DNA from: Yuukianura sp. NJ FZ-2021
Taxonomy: Eukaryota
Length of the DNA stretch: 64,000 nt
NCBI GenBank assembly: GCA_046563655.1
Contig: CM102284.1
Span: 7,936,001 to 8,000,000, forward strand
Reading direction: 5' to 3'
Of this stretch, positions 1 to 11,800 are shown one piece after another (within the stretch, counting starts at the first letter, position 1; each line of letters begins with the position of its first letter). The notes beneath the pieces were generated by a model. That model did no database searches. It saw only the letters and a list, made by a program, of their open reading frames with translations, and had not been told where the DNA came from. Both the position numbers and the translations under genes were made by a program.

Positions 1-1655
1 GAAATCGGGCGGTAATTACTTGGGTTGTCGGTAGGACCTTTTTTGTGTATCGGCGTCACCAGCGCTGTGGTCCAAGCCTGCGGGATTTTGCCAGTTTCAT
101 ACACTTTTTGAAATAATTTGGTCATCTGGATTATGGATGGTGCTGTAAAAAGTTTCCAGATTTCGTTTGGTATCAAGTCAAGCCCGGGAGCTTTCCCACT
201 CTTCGCTTTTTTGATGACGAGCGTTAATTCCAGGAAGTTAAATGGGTTGTCCAGGATAGGGTCATCGCTTTGATCAGTTTTAAAGTCTGGTCCGCGAAAA
301 GTCCTTGTTTGTGGGGGGTCATAGACAGAGCGGAAGTGCGAGTGCCATCCATCTTCGGAAATTTGGGGCAAAGGGCGGGGTTGCCTTTGTCTAAGATTTT
401 TAACTGTTTGCCAGAATGTTGTTGGATTTTTGACATTTTGAAGTCTTGCTTCTTTCTGGATATTGTGTTTTTCTGATTTTTCCTTACACAAGTGTAAATA
501 GGCTTTGTTTAATGTTTGGTACTTCATTAGCGCTTCCGATTTTTTTGCTGGTTTTGAGATTGGGATTCTTCTGAACTGGCGTAGCGATTTATTCCTTTCG
601 TATTTACTCTGCATGCACTCTTGGTCAAACCAGCATGGTCGGCTGTGAAATTGGCTACCGCTAGATTTCTTGATGTAATTGTTGTTCTGGCATGTGTCTA
701 TAATTGCTTTGTTGAGTCGTTGTGCAAACGTAGATGGTGATCCTGGTGTTTCATCTTTGAGAGCCGGGATTTCATTTATGATTTTTTTGAGGTTTCGGAG
801 TTTGCCCAAGTCGGAAGGAAGTTTGATACGTTGATGGGCTGTTGACTCATCTGGTCTTGTGGTGTCGAGGATGGACAGTGTTGTTAAGATGGGGAAGTGT
901 GATGAATGCGGTAAGTCAAGGACTTCGAAGGACCGAATGATGTTACTTGATTGTGCATTGAAGAGAAGGTAATCGATTACGCTTGCGCCCGAGTTTGCAG
1001 TGCTAATAAAAGTGTATTCGCCCTCTCTGTCTCCACTTATTGCACCATTACCGATTATCAAACCGAGTGAGTTGACGTGTTTTAGCAATGCATTGCCTCT
1101 GGTGTTCACGCTTGAGTCTTTACTTTTCCGTTCAGTTCCCAGTGACGATTGTTGTGAGCTTGTGTGAGCGTTTGCATCTCCGAGCAGAATGACATGCTGG
1201 AAGTTCATTTTCAGCTTTGAGACGTCCTCCATTAAGTTTGATAGCTTAGAGAAATAAGACTTATCTGGTGATAAATAGAAGAAGAAAATTAACACGTTTC
1301 TACTGGATAGTTTTAGGTTGAGGGCTACGTAAAATGAACATTGGGTTAGAACCGTGATTTTAATTGCTATTCGTTTATCTACAGCGACAATTAATCCTCC
1401 ACTTGGTCTTCCTTTGGCTTTTTTCGTGGCTGGGACTACTATGATGTTATAGTACTGCGACAGAGTTGGATTATGAAAGGATTCAGCAGTAAGCATTGTT
1501 TCGCTTAGACAAAAAATTGTAGGTTTAATACGAATTAAGTTAAGAAAGAAATCGGATCTCTTACTTTTGATACCAGAGATGTTGTAGTATAAAATTGTAA
1601 TAGGTTTTGAATTTGCTTTTGTAGGTACTGAGAGATGATTAGGGCTGCCTGGTTG
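1..1655 (-). CDS. LINE ORF2 (APE endonuclease + start of reverse transcriptase), partial; absent from the supplied ORF track
   Basis: Manual translation is open with no stop from 1655 to 1. APE motifs: ILYYNISG, FCLSET, GRPSGG, FYLSP, LLGDANAH, SVIDY, SSHFPI. Also PCWFDQEC, and RT-start motifs KAPGLD and PIHKKG...NYRPIS. Confidence 0.93.
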
Positions 1656-2432
1656 TCATTTCCGATTGAAATACTGGGGAGTGGACGTGGAGCTCTTCTG
1701 TTCTTCCCATTTACGTTTTGCCTCTTCTCGCAGCACTCTGGGACGATCTGCGTAGATCGGAAACGGCGGCTTGAGCTTCTTCGCGGTATTGAGCACGGCG
1801 TTTCGTTGGTCTAATTGAGGAAAATGTACCGAGACTGGTCTGGGTCGTGTCGTAGAGGTCGTAGTGTTTTTTCCGATTCGACGAGTTTCTCCAATTATTA
1901 CATTTTCAAGCTTCAAGTCTTTTCGGAGGTAGTTTGGCACGAAGTCGGCAAGGTTCGAGATGTCTTCTGGAATACCCTGGAAAATGAGGTAGTTTTTATT
2001 TGCGTCAGCCTGGAGCCGGCCTATGGACAGTTTCAGTGACTGGTTCTCCTGGTGTAGGTGTTTCACTTCATTGGCTAGATGGGCCGATACTTGTTCTTGT
2101 TCTGCTAGTCTGCCAGTTAGTTCCTTGAATCGTTCGTTGAGGTTCTCTACTGCTTCCGTGACAATTGCTAACTGGCTATTTGTTTTTGAGACATTTTCGG
2201 CAATCTTCGGTAGTATCGATATCTGTCGGAGAATTTGTTCCATTTTTTGTTCAAGGTTGGACTCCTCCATGTCCGTGTTTTTTTGTTTTCCCTTTTTGCT
2301 GGCTGGTGAGGAAGGTAAATCTATTTCATCGATCGAGCGTTTCCGAAAACCTGCCAGGGTCTCGCTGAATGAAGCTGTCTTCCTTCGTGCTTCCGGTTCT
2401 CTTGTAGGCGAGTGTCCGACAGGACCGGGCAT
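1656..2432 (-). CDS. LINE ORF1 protein (coiled coil + RRM-like region)
   Basis: 258-aa ORF with a long coiled-coil-like segment, then NYLIFQGIPE and RRIGK...RPRPVSVHF, typical of L1/CR1-type ORF1 proteins. Confidence 0.85.
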   Translation of the reverse strand: MPGPVGHSPTREPEARRKTASFSETLAGFRKRSIDEIDLPSSPASKKGKQKNTDMEESNLEQKMEQILRQISILPKIAENVSKTNSQLAIVTEAVENLNERFKELTGRLAEQEQVSAHLANEVKHLHQENQSLKLSIGRLQADANKNYLIFQGIPEDISNLADFVPNYLRKDLKLENVIIGETRRIGKNTTTSTTRPRPVSVHFPQLDQRNAVLNTAKKLKPPFPIYADRPRVLREEAKRKWEEQKSSTSTPQYFNRK

Positions 2433-2814
2433 TTCCTAGAATGTAAGGATTTGTTAGGTGGTAGGAGTTGTTCTGAGTATCGTTTAAGGGTTTATCGTAT
2501 TCGTTTTCAGTGACTGTAACTTAGCTGATCGGTTTATGAGCTTCTTTTTGGAGGACTCAGAGGCATACTATGCTATCAGTATGTCATAAGGTCCAGTACA
2601 CAGGAACAGCTGATCTCGTCCGGTTTTGCTCAATTAATTTCCAGTCAGTTATGTAGATGCTCCGTTTGCGTCTTGGTTGTTCAGAATCGATGTGTACTTA
2701 ATTAACTAAAATTAATATAGATTAATATAAAATATAGATAGTGGGTATGGAATATCGATTATTACAAAAAAAAATGCGGAAAATGGTTTGAACATTCTCA
2801 TAGTATAATCCAAG

Positions 2815-5800
2815 GTTTCTCGGGAGTTTTCAATGAAAAAAATGGAATTTTTGACAAAAATTGAGATTGGTTCACTTCAGATGGGCTTTCCGAGGCAAAA
2901 TATCGGAGTGCAATTTTCAGTTCTCAGATAGCTCATAATGTCTTTTTGGGGAGTTTTGAATGAAAAAAATGAATTTTTTGACAAAAGTTGAGCATGGTTC
3001 ACTTCAGATTGGCTTTCCGATGCAAAATATCGGAGTGGAATTTTCAGTTCTCAGATACCTCAGAATGACTTTTTGGGGAGTTTTCAATGAAAAAAATTGA
3101 TTTTTTTGACAAAAATTGAGATTGGTTCACTTCAGATGGGCTTTCCGAGGCAAAATATCGGAGTGCAATTTTCAGTTCTCAGATAGCTCAGAATGTTTTT
3201 TGGGGAGTTTTGAATGAAAAAAATGAATTTTTTGACAAAAATTGAGCTTGGTTCACTTCAGATGGGCTTTCCGAAGCAAAATATCGGAGTGCAATTTTCA
3301 GTTCTCAGATAGCTCAGAATGATTTTTGGGGAGCTTTGAATGAAAAAGAATGAATTTTTTGACAAAAGTTGAGCTTGGTTCACTTCAGATGGGCTTTCCG
3401 AGGCAAAATATCGGAGTGCAATTTTCAGTTCTCAGAAAGCTCAGAATGACTTTTTGGGGAGTTTTGAATGAAAAAGAATGAATTTTTTGACAAAAGTTCA
3501 GCTTGGTTCACTTCAGATGTGCTTTTCGAGGCAAAATATCGGAGTGCAATTTTCAGTTCTCAGATAGCTCAGAATGACTTTTTGGGGAGTTTTGAATGAA
3601 AAAAAAATGAATTTTTTGACAAAAGTTGAGATTGGTTCACTTCAGATTGGCTTTCCGAGGCAAAATATCGGAGTGCAATTTTCAGTTCTCAGAAAGCTCG
3701 GAATGACTTTTTGGGGAGTTTTGAATGAAAAAAAAATAATTTTTTGACAAAAATTGAGCTTGGTTCGCTTCAGATGGGCTTTCCGAGGCAAAATATCGGA
3801 GTGCAATTTTCAGTTCTCAGATAGCTCAGAATGATTTTTGGGGAGTTTTGAATGAAAAAAAATAATTTTTTGACAAAAATTGAGCTTGGTTCGCTTCAGA
3901 TGGGCTTTCCGAGGCAAAATATCGGAGTGCAATTTTCAGTTCTCAGATAGCTCAGAATGACTTTTTGGGGAGTTTTGAATGAAAAAGAATGAATTTTTTG
4001 ACAAAAGTTGAGCTTTGTTCACTTCAGATGGGCTTTCCGAGGCAAAATATCGGAGTGCAATTTTCAGTTCTCAGATAGCTCAGAATGACTTTTTGGGGAG
4101 TTTTGAATGAAAAAAAATGAATTTTTTGACAAAAGTTGAGATTGGTTCACTTCAGATTGGCTTTCCGAGGCAAAATATCGGAGTGCAATTTTCAGTTCTC
4201 AGAAAGCTCGGAATGACTTTTTGGGGAGTTTTGAATGAAAAAAAAATAATTTTTTGACAAAAATTGAGCTTGGTTCGCTTCAGATGGGCTTTCCGAGGCA
4301 AAATATCGGAGTGCAATTTTCAGTTCTCAGATAGCTCAGAATGACTTTTTGGGGAGTTTTGAATGAAAGAAAAATAATTTTTTGACAAAAATTGAGCTTG
4401 GTTCGCTTCAGATGGGCTTTCCGAGGCAAAATATCGGAGTGCAATTTTCAGTTCTCAGATAGCTCAGAATGACTTTTTGGGGAGTTTTGAATGAAAAAAA
4501 AATAATTTTTTGACAAAAATTGAGCTTGGTTCGCTTCAGATGGGCTTTCCGAGGCAAAATATCGGAGTGCAATTTTCAGTTCTCAGATAGCTCAGAATGA
4601 TTTTTGGGGAGTTTTGAATGAAAAAAAAATAATTGTTTGACAAAAATTGAGCTTGGTTCGCTTCAGATGGGCTTTCCGAGGCAAAATATCGGAGTGCAAT
4701 TTTCAGTTCTCAGATAGCTCAGAATGACTTTTTGGGGAGTTTTGAATGAAAAAAATTGATTTTTTGACAAAAATTGAGCTTGGTTCGCTTCAGATGGGCT
4801 TTCCGAGGCAAAATATCGGAGTGCAATTTTCAGTTCTCAGATAGCTCAGAATGATTTTTGGGGAGTTTTGAATGAAAAAAATTAATTTTTTGACAAAAAT
4901 TGAGCTTGGTTCACTTCAGATGGGCTTTCCGAAGCAAAATATCGGAGTGCAATTTTCAGTTCTCAGATAGCTCAGAATGACTTTTTGGGGAGTTTTGAAT
5001 GAAAAAAATGAATTTTTTGACAAAAGTTGAGCATGGTTCACTTCAGATGGGCTTTCCGAGGCAAAATATCGGAGTGCAATTTTCAGTTCTCAGATAGCTC
5101 AGAATGACTTTTTGGGGAGTTTTGAATGAAAAAAATGAATTTTTTGACAAAAGTTGAGATTGGTTCACTTCAGATTGGCTTTCCGAGGCAAAATATCGGA
5201 GTGCAATTTTCAGTTCTCAGAAAGCTCAGAATACCTTTTTGGGGAGTTTTGAATGAAAGAAAAATAATTTTTTGACAAAAATTGAGCTTGGTTCGCTTCA
5301 GATGGGCTTTCCGAGGCAAAATATCGGAGTGCAATTTTCAGTTCTCAGATAGCTCAGAATGATTTTTGGGGAGTTTTGAATGAAAAAAATAATTTTTTGA
5401 CAAAAATTGAGCTTGGTTCGCTTCAGATGGGCTTTCCGAGGCAAAATATCGGAGTGCAATTTTCAGTTCTCAGATAGCTCAGAATGACTTTTTGGGGAGT
5501 TTTCAATGAAAAAAATGGATTTTTTGACAAAAATTGAGATTGGTTCACTTCAGATGGGCTTTCCGAAGCAAAATATCGGAGTGCAATTTTCAGTTCTCAG
5601 AAAGCTCAGAATGACTTTTTGGGGAGTTTTGAATGAAAAAAAATAATTTTTTGACAAAATTGAGCTTGGTTCGCTTCAGATGGGCTTTCCGAGGCAAAAT
5701 ATCGGAGTGCAATTTTCAGTTCTCAGAAAGCTCAGAATGACTTTTTGGGGAGTTTTGAATGAAAAAAAATAATTTTTTGACAAAATTGAGCTTGGTTCGC

Positions 5801-8800
5801 TTCAGATGGGCTTTCCGAGGCAAAATATCGGAGTGCAATTTTCAGTTCTCAGATAGCTCAGAATGATTTTTGGGGAGTTTTGAATGAAAAAAAAATAATT
5901 TTTTGACAAAAATTGAGCTTGGTTCACTTCAGATGGGCTTTCCGAAGCAAAATATCGGAGTGCAATTTTCAGTTCTCAGATAGCTCAGAATGACTTTTTG
6001 GGGAGTTTTGAATGAAAAAAAATAATTTTTTGACAAAATTGAGCTTGGTTCGCTTCAGATGGGCTTTCCGAGGCAAAATATCGGAGTGCAATTTTCAGTT
6101 CTCAGAAAGCTCAGAATGACTTTTTGGGGAGTTTTGAATGAAAAAAATTAATTTTTTGACAAAAATTGACATTGGTTTACTTCAGATGGGCTTTCCGAAG
6201 CAAAATATCGGAGTGCAATTTTCAGTTCTCAGATAGCTCAGAATGACTTTTTGGGGAGTTTTGAATGAAAAAAAAATGAATTTTTTGACAAAAGTTGAGA
6301 TTGGTTCACTTCAGATTGGCTTTCCGAGGCAAAATATCGGAGTGCAATTTTCAGTTCTCAGAAAGCTCAGAATGACTTTTTGGGGAGCTTTGAATGAACA
6401 AAATGGAATTTTTTGACAAAAATTGAGATTGGTTCACTTCAGATTGGCTTTCCGAGGCAAAATATCGGAGTGCAATTTTCAGTTCTCAGATAGCTCAGAA
6501 TGACTTTTTGGGGAGTTTTCAATGAAAAAAATGGATTTTTTGACAAAAATTGAGATTGGTTCACTTCAGATTGGCTTTCCGAAGCAAAATATCGGAGTGC
6601 AATTTTCAGTTCTCAGATAGCTCAGAATGACTTTTTGGGGAGTTTTGAATGAAAAAAAAATGAATTTTTTGACAAAAGTTGAGATTGGTTCACTTCAGAT
6701 TGGCTTTCCGAATCAAAATATCGGAGTGCAATTTTCAGTTCTCAGAAAGCTCAGAATGACTTTTTGGGGAGTTTTGAATGAAAATATTTAATTTTTTGAC
6801 AAAAATTGAGATTGGTTCACTTCAGATGGGCTTTCCGAGGCAAAATATCGGAGTGCAATTTTCAGTTCTCAGATAGCTCAGAATGACTTTTTGCGGAGTT
6901 TTCAATAAAAAAAAATGGATTTTTTGACAAAAATTGAGATTGGTTCACTTCAGATTGGCTTTCCGAAGCAAAATATCGGAGTGCAATTTTCAGTTCTCAG
7001 ATAGCTCAGAATGACTTTTTGGGGAGTTTTGAATGAAAAAAAAATGAATTTTTTGACAAAAGTTGAGATTGGTTCACTTCAGATTGGCTTTCCGAGGCAA
7101 AATATCGGAATGCAATTTTCAGTTCTCAGAAAGCTCAGAATGACTTTTTGGAGAGTCTTGAATGAAAAAAATTAATTTTTTGACAAAAATTGAGCTTGGT
7201 TCGCTTCAGATGGGCTTTCCGAGGCAAAATATCGGAGTGCAATTTTCAGTTCTCTGATAGCTCAGAATGACTTTTTGGGGAGCTTTGAATGAACAAAATG
7301 GAATTTTTTGACAAAAATTGAGATTGGTTCACTTCAGATGTTCTTTCCGAGGCAAAATATCGGAGTGCAATTTTCAGTTCTCAGATAGCTCAGAATGACT
7401 TTTGGGGAGTTTTCAATGAAAAAAATGGATTTTTTGACAAAAATTGAGATTGGTTCGCTTCAGATGGGCTTTCCGAGGCAAAATATCGGAGTGCAATTTT
7501 CAGTTCTCAGAAAGCTCAGAATGACTTTTTGGGGAGTTTTGAATGAAAAAAATTAATTTTTTGACAAAAATTGAGATTGGTTTACTTCAGATGGGCTTTC
7601 CGAGGCAAAATATCGGAGTGCAATTTTCAGTTCTCAGATAGCTCAGAATGACTTTTGGGGAGTTTTCAATGAAAAAAATGGATTTTTTGACAAAAATTGA
7701 GATTGGTTCACTTCAGATTGGCTTTCCGAGGCAAAATATCGGAGTGCAATTTTCAGTTCTCAAATAGCTCATAATGTCTTTTTGGGGAGTTTTGAATGAA
7801 AAAAATGAATTTTTTGACAAAAGTTGAGATTGGTTCACTTCAGATTGGCTTTCCGAGGCAAAATATCGGAGTGCAATTTTCAGTTCTCAGAAAGCTCAGA
7901 ATGACTTTTTGGGGAGTTTTGAATGAAAAAAATTAATTTTTTGACAAAAATTGAGATTGGTTTACTTCAGATGGGCTTTCCGAGGCAAAATATCGGAGTG
8001 CAATTTTCAGTTCTCAGATAGCTCAGAATGACTTTTTGGGGAGTTTTCAATGAAAAAATGGATTTTTTGACAAAAATTGAGATTGGTTCACTTCAGATTG
8101 GCTTTCCGAGGCAAAATATCGGAGTGCAATTTTCAGTTCTCAGATAGCTCAGAATGACTTTTTGGGGAGTTTTGAATGAAAAAAAATTAATTTTTTGACA
8201 AAAGTTGAGCTTGGTTCACTTCAAATGTGCTTTCCGAGGCAAAATATCGGAGTGCAATTTTCAGTTCTCAGATAGCTCAGAATGACTTTTTGGGGAGTTT
8301 TGAATGAAAAAAATTGATTTTTTGACAAAAATTGAGATTGGCTCGCTTCAGATGGGCTTTCCGAGGCAAAATATCGGAGTGCAATTTTCAGTTCTCTGAT
8401 AGCTCAGAATGACTTTTTGGGGAGCTTTGAATGAACAAAATGGAATTTTTTGACAAAAATTGAGATTGGTTCACTTCAGATGTTCTTTCCGAGGCAAAAT
8501 ATCGGAGTGCAATTTTCAGTTCTCAGATAGCTCAGAATGACTTTTGGGGAGTTTTCAATGAAAAAAATGGATTTTTTGACAAAAATTGAGATTGGTTCAC
8601 TTCAGATGGGCTTTCCGAGGCAAAATATCGGAGTGCAATTTTCAGTTCTCAGATAGCTCAGAATGACTTTTTGCGGAGTTTTCAATAAAAAAAATGGATT
8701 TTTTGACAAAAATTGAGATTGGTTCACTTCAGATGGGCTTTCCGAGGCAAAATATCGGAGTGCAATTTTCAGTTCTCAGATAGCTCAGAATGACTTTTTG

Positions 8801-11800
8801 GGGAGTTTTGAATGAAAAAAATGAATTTTTTGACAAAAGTTGAGATTGGTTCACTTCAGATTGGCTTTCCGAGGCAAAATATCGGAATGCAATTTTCAGT
8901 TCTCAGAAAGCTCAGAATGACTTTTTGGAGAGTTTTGAATGAAAAAAATTAATTTTTTGACAAAAATTGAGATTGGCTCGCTTCAGATGGGCTTTCCGAG
9001 GCAAAATATCGGAGTGCAATTTTCAGTTCTCAGATAGCTCAGAATGACTTTTTGTGGAGCTTTGAATGAACAAAATGGAATTTTTTGACAAAAATTGAGA
9101 TTGGTTCACTTCAGATGGGCTTTCCGAGGCAAAATATCGGAGTGCAATTTTCAGTTCTCAGATAGCTCAGAATGACTTTTTGGGGAGTTTTCAATGAAAA
9201 AAATGGATTTTTTGACAAAAATTGAGATTGGTTCGCTTAAAGATGGGCTTTCCGAGGCAAAATATCGGAGTGCAATTTTCAGTTCTCAGAAAGCTCAGAA
9301 TGACTTTTTGGGGAGTTTTGAATGAAAAAAAATAATTTTTTGACAAAATTGAGCTTGGTTCGCTTCAGATGGGCTTTCCGAGGCAAAATATCGGAGTGCA
9401 ATTTTCAGTTCTCAGATAGCTCAGAATGACTTTTTGGGGAGTTTTGAATGAAAAAAATTGATTTTTTGACAAAAATTGAGCTTGGTTCGCTTCAGATGGG
9501 CTTTCCGAGGCAAAATATCGGAGTGCAATTTTCAGTTCTCAGATAGCTCAGAATGATTTTTGGGGAGTTTTGAATGAAAAAAAATAATTTTTTGACAAAA
9601 ATTGAGCTTGGTTCGCTTCAGATGGGCTTTCCGAGGCAAAATATCGGAGTGCAATTTTCAGTTCTCAGATAGCTCAGAATGACTTTTTGGGGAGTTTTGA
9701 ATGAAAAAAAATAATTTTTTGACAAAAATTGAGCTTGGTTCGCTTCACATGGGCTTTCCGAGGCAAAATATCGGAGTGCAATTTTCAGTTCTCAGATAGC
9801 TCAGAATGATTTTTGGGGAGTTTTGAATGAAAAAAATGAATTTTTTGACAAAAATTGAGCTTGGTTCACTTCAGATGGGCTTTCCGAAGCAAAATATCGG
9901 AGTGCAATTTTCAGTTCTCAGATAGCTCAGAATGACTTTTTGGGGAGTTTTGAATGAAAAAGAATGAATTTTTTGACAAAAGTTGAGCTTGGTTCACTTC
10001 AGATGGGCTTTCCGAGGCAAAATATCGGAGTGCAATTTTCAGTTCTCAGATAGCTCAGAATGACTTTTTGGGGCGTTTTGAATGAAAAAAAAATGAATTT
10101 TTTGACAAAAGTTGAGATTGGTTCACTTCAGATTGGCTTTCCGAGGCAAAATATCGGAGTGCAATTTTCAGTTCTCAGAAAGCTCAGAATACCTTTTTGG
10201 GGAGTTTTGAATGAAAGAAAAATAATTTTTTGACAAAAATTGAGCTTGGTTCGCTTCAGATGGGCTTTCCGAGGCAAAATATCGGAGTGCAATTTTCAGT
10301 TCTCAGATAGCTCAGAATGATTTTTGGGGAGTTTTGAATGAAAAAAAAATAATTGTTTGACAAAAATTGAGCTTGGTTCGCTTCAGATGGGCTTTCCGAG
10401 GCAAAATATCGGAGTGCAATTTTCAGTTCTCAGATAGCTCAGAATGACTTTTTGGGGAGTTTTCAATGAAAAAAATGGATTTTTTTGACAAAAATTGAGA
10501 TTGGTTCACTTCAGATGGGCTTTCCGAAGCAAAATATCGGAGTGCAATTTTCAGTTCTCAGAAAGCTCAGAATGACTTTTTGGGGAGTTTTGAATGAAAA
10601 AAAAATAATTTTTTGACAAAAATTGAGCTTGGTTCGCTTCAGATGGGCTTTCCGAGGCAAAATATCGGAGTGCAATTTTCAGTTCTCAGATAGCTCAGAA
10701 TGACTTTTTGGGGAGTTTTGAATGAAAAAAATTGATTTTTTGACAAAAATTGAGCTTGGTTCGCTTCAGATGGGCTTTCCGAGGCAAAATATCGGAGTGC
10801 AATTTTCAGTTCTCAGATAGCTCAGAATGATTTTTGGGGAGTTTTGAATGAAAAAAATTAATTTTTTGACAAAAATTGAGCTTGGTTCACTTCAGATGGG
10901 CTTTCCGAAGCAAAATATCGGAGTGCAATTTTCAGTTCTCAGATAGCTCAGAATGACTTTTTGGGGAGTTTTGAATGAAAGAAAAATAATTTTTTGACAA
11001 AAATTGAGCTTGGTTCGCTTCAGATGGGCTTTCCGAGGCAAAATATCGGAGTGCAATTTTCAGTTCTCAGATAGCTCAGAATGATTTTTGGGGAGTTTTG
11101 AATGAATAAAATAATTGTTTGACAAAAATTGAGCTTGGTTCGCTTCAGATGGGCTTTCCGAGGCAAAATATCGGAGTGCAATTTTCAGTTCTCAGATAGC
11201 TCATAATGACTTTTTGGGGAGTTTTGAATGAAAAAAAAAATAATTTTTTGACAAAAATTGAGCTTGGTTCGCTTCAGATGGGCTTTCCGAGGCAAAATAT
11301 CGGAGTGCAATTTTCAGTTCTCAGATAGCTCAGAATGACTTTTTGGGGAGTTTTGAATGAAAAAAATGAATTTTTTGACAAAAGTTGAGATTGGTTCACT
11401 TCAGATTGGCTTTCCGAGGCAAAATATCGGAGTGCAATTTTCAGTTCTCAGAAAGCTCAGAATACCTTTTTGGGGAGTTTTGAATGAAAGAAAAATAATT
11501 TTTTGACAAAAATTGAGCTTGGTTCGCTTCAGATGGGCTTTCCGAGGCAAAATATCGGAGTGCAATTTTCAGTTCTCAGATAGCTCAGAATGACTTTTGG
11601 GGAGTTTTCAATGAAAAAAATGGATTTTTTGACAAAAATTGAGATTGGTTCGCTTCAGATGGGCTTTCCGAGGCAAAATATCGGAGTGCAATTTTCAGTT
11701 CTCAGAAAGCTCAGAATGACTTTTTGGGGAGTTTTGAATGAAAAAAATTAATTTTTTGACAAAAATTGACATTGGTTTACTTCAGATGGGCTTTCCGAAG

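Larger units (their letters stand above)
1..2700 (-). mobile_element. Non-LTR retrotransposon (LINE, APE-type; CR1/L2/RTE-X-like), 5' part; continues beyond window start
   Basis: ORF1 (1656-2432) is followed by an uninterrupted APE-RT frame 1655->1. The 5' boundary (~2700) is approximate. Confidence 0.93.

Noticed and set aside
224-2439. Short ORFs at 224-436, 270-476, 1815-2039, 2023-2439 and 2165-2368
   Set aside because: Alternative-frame or antisense shadows of LINE ORF1/ORF2.
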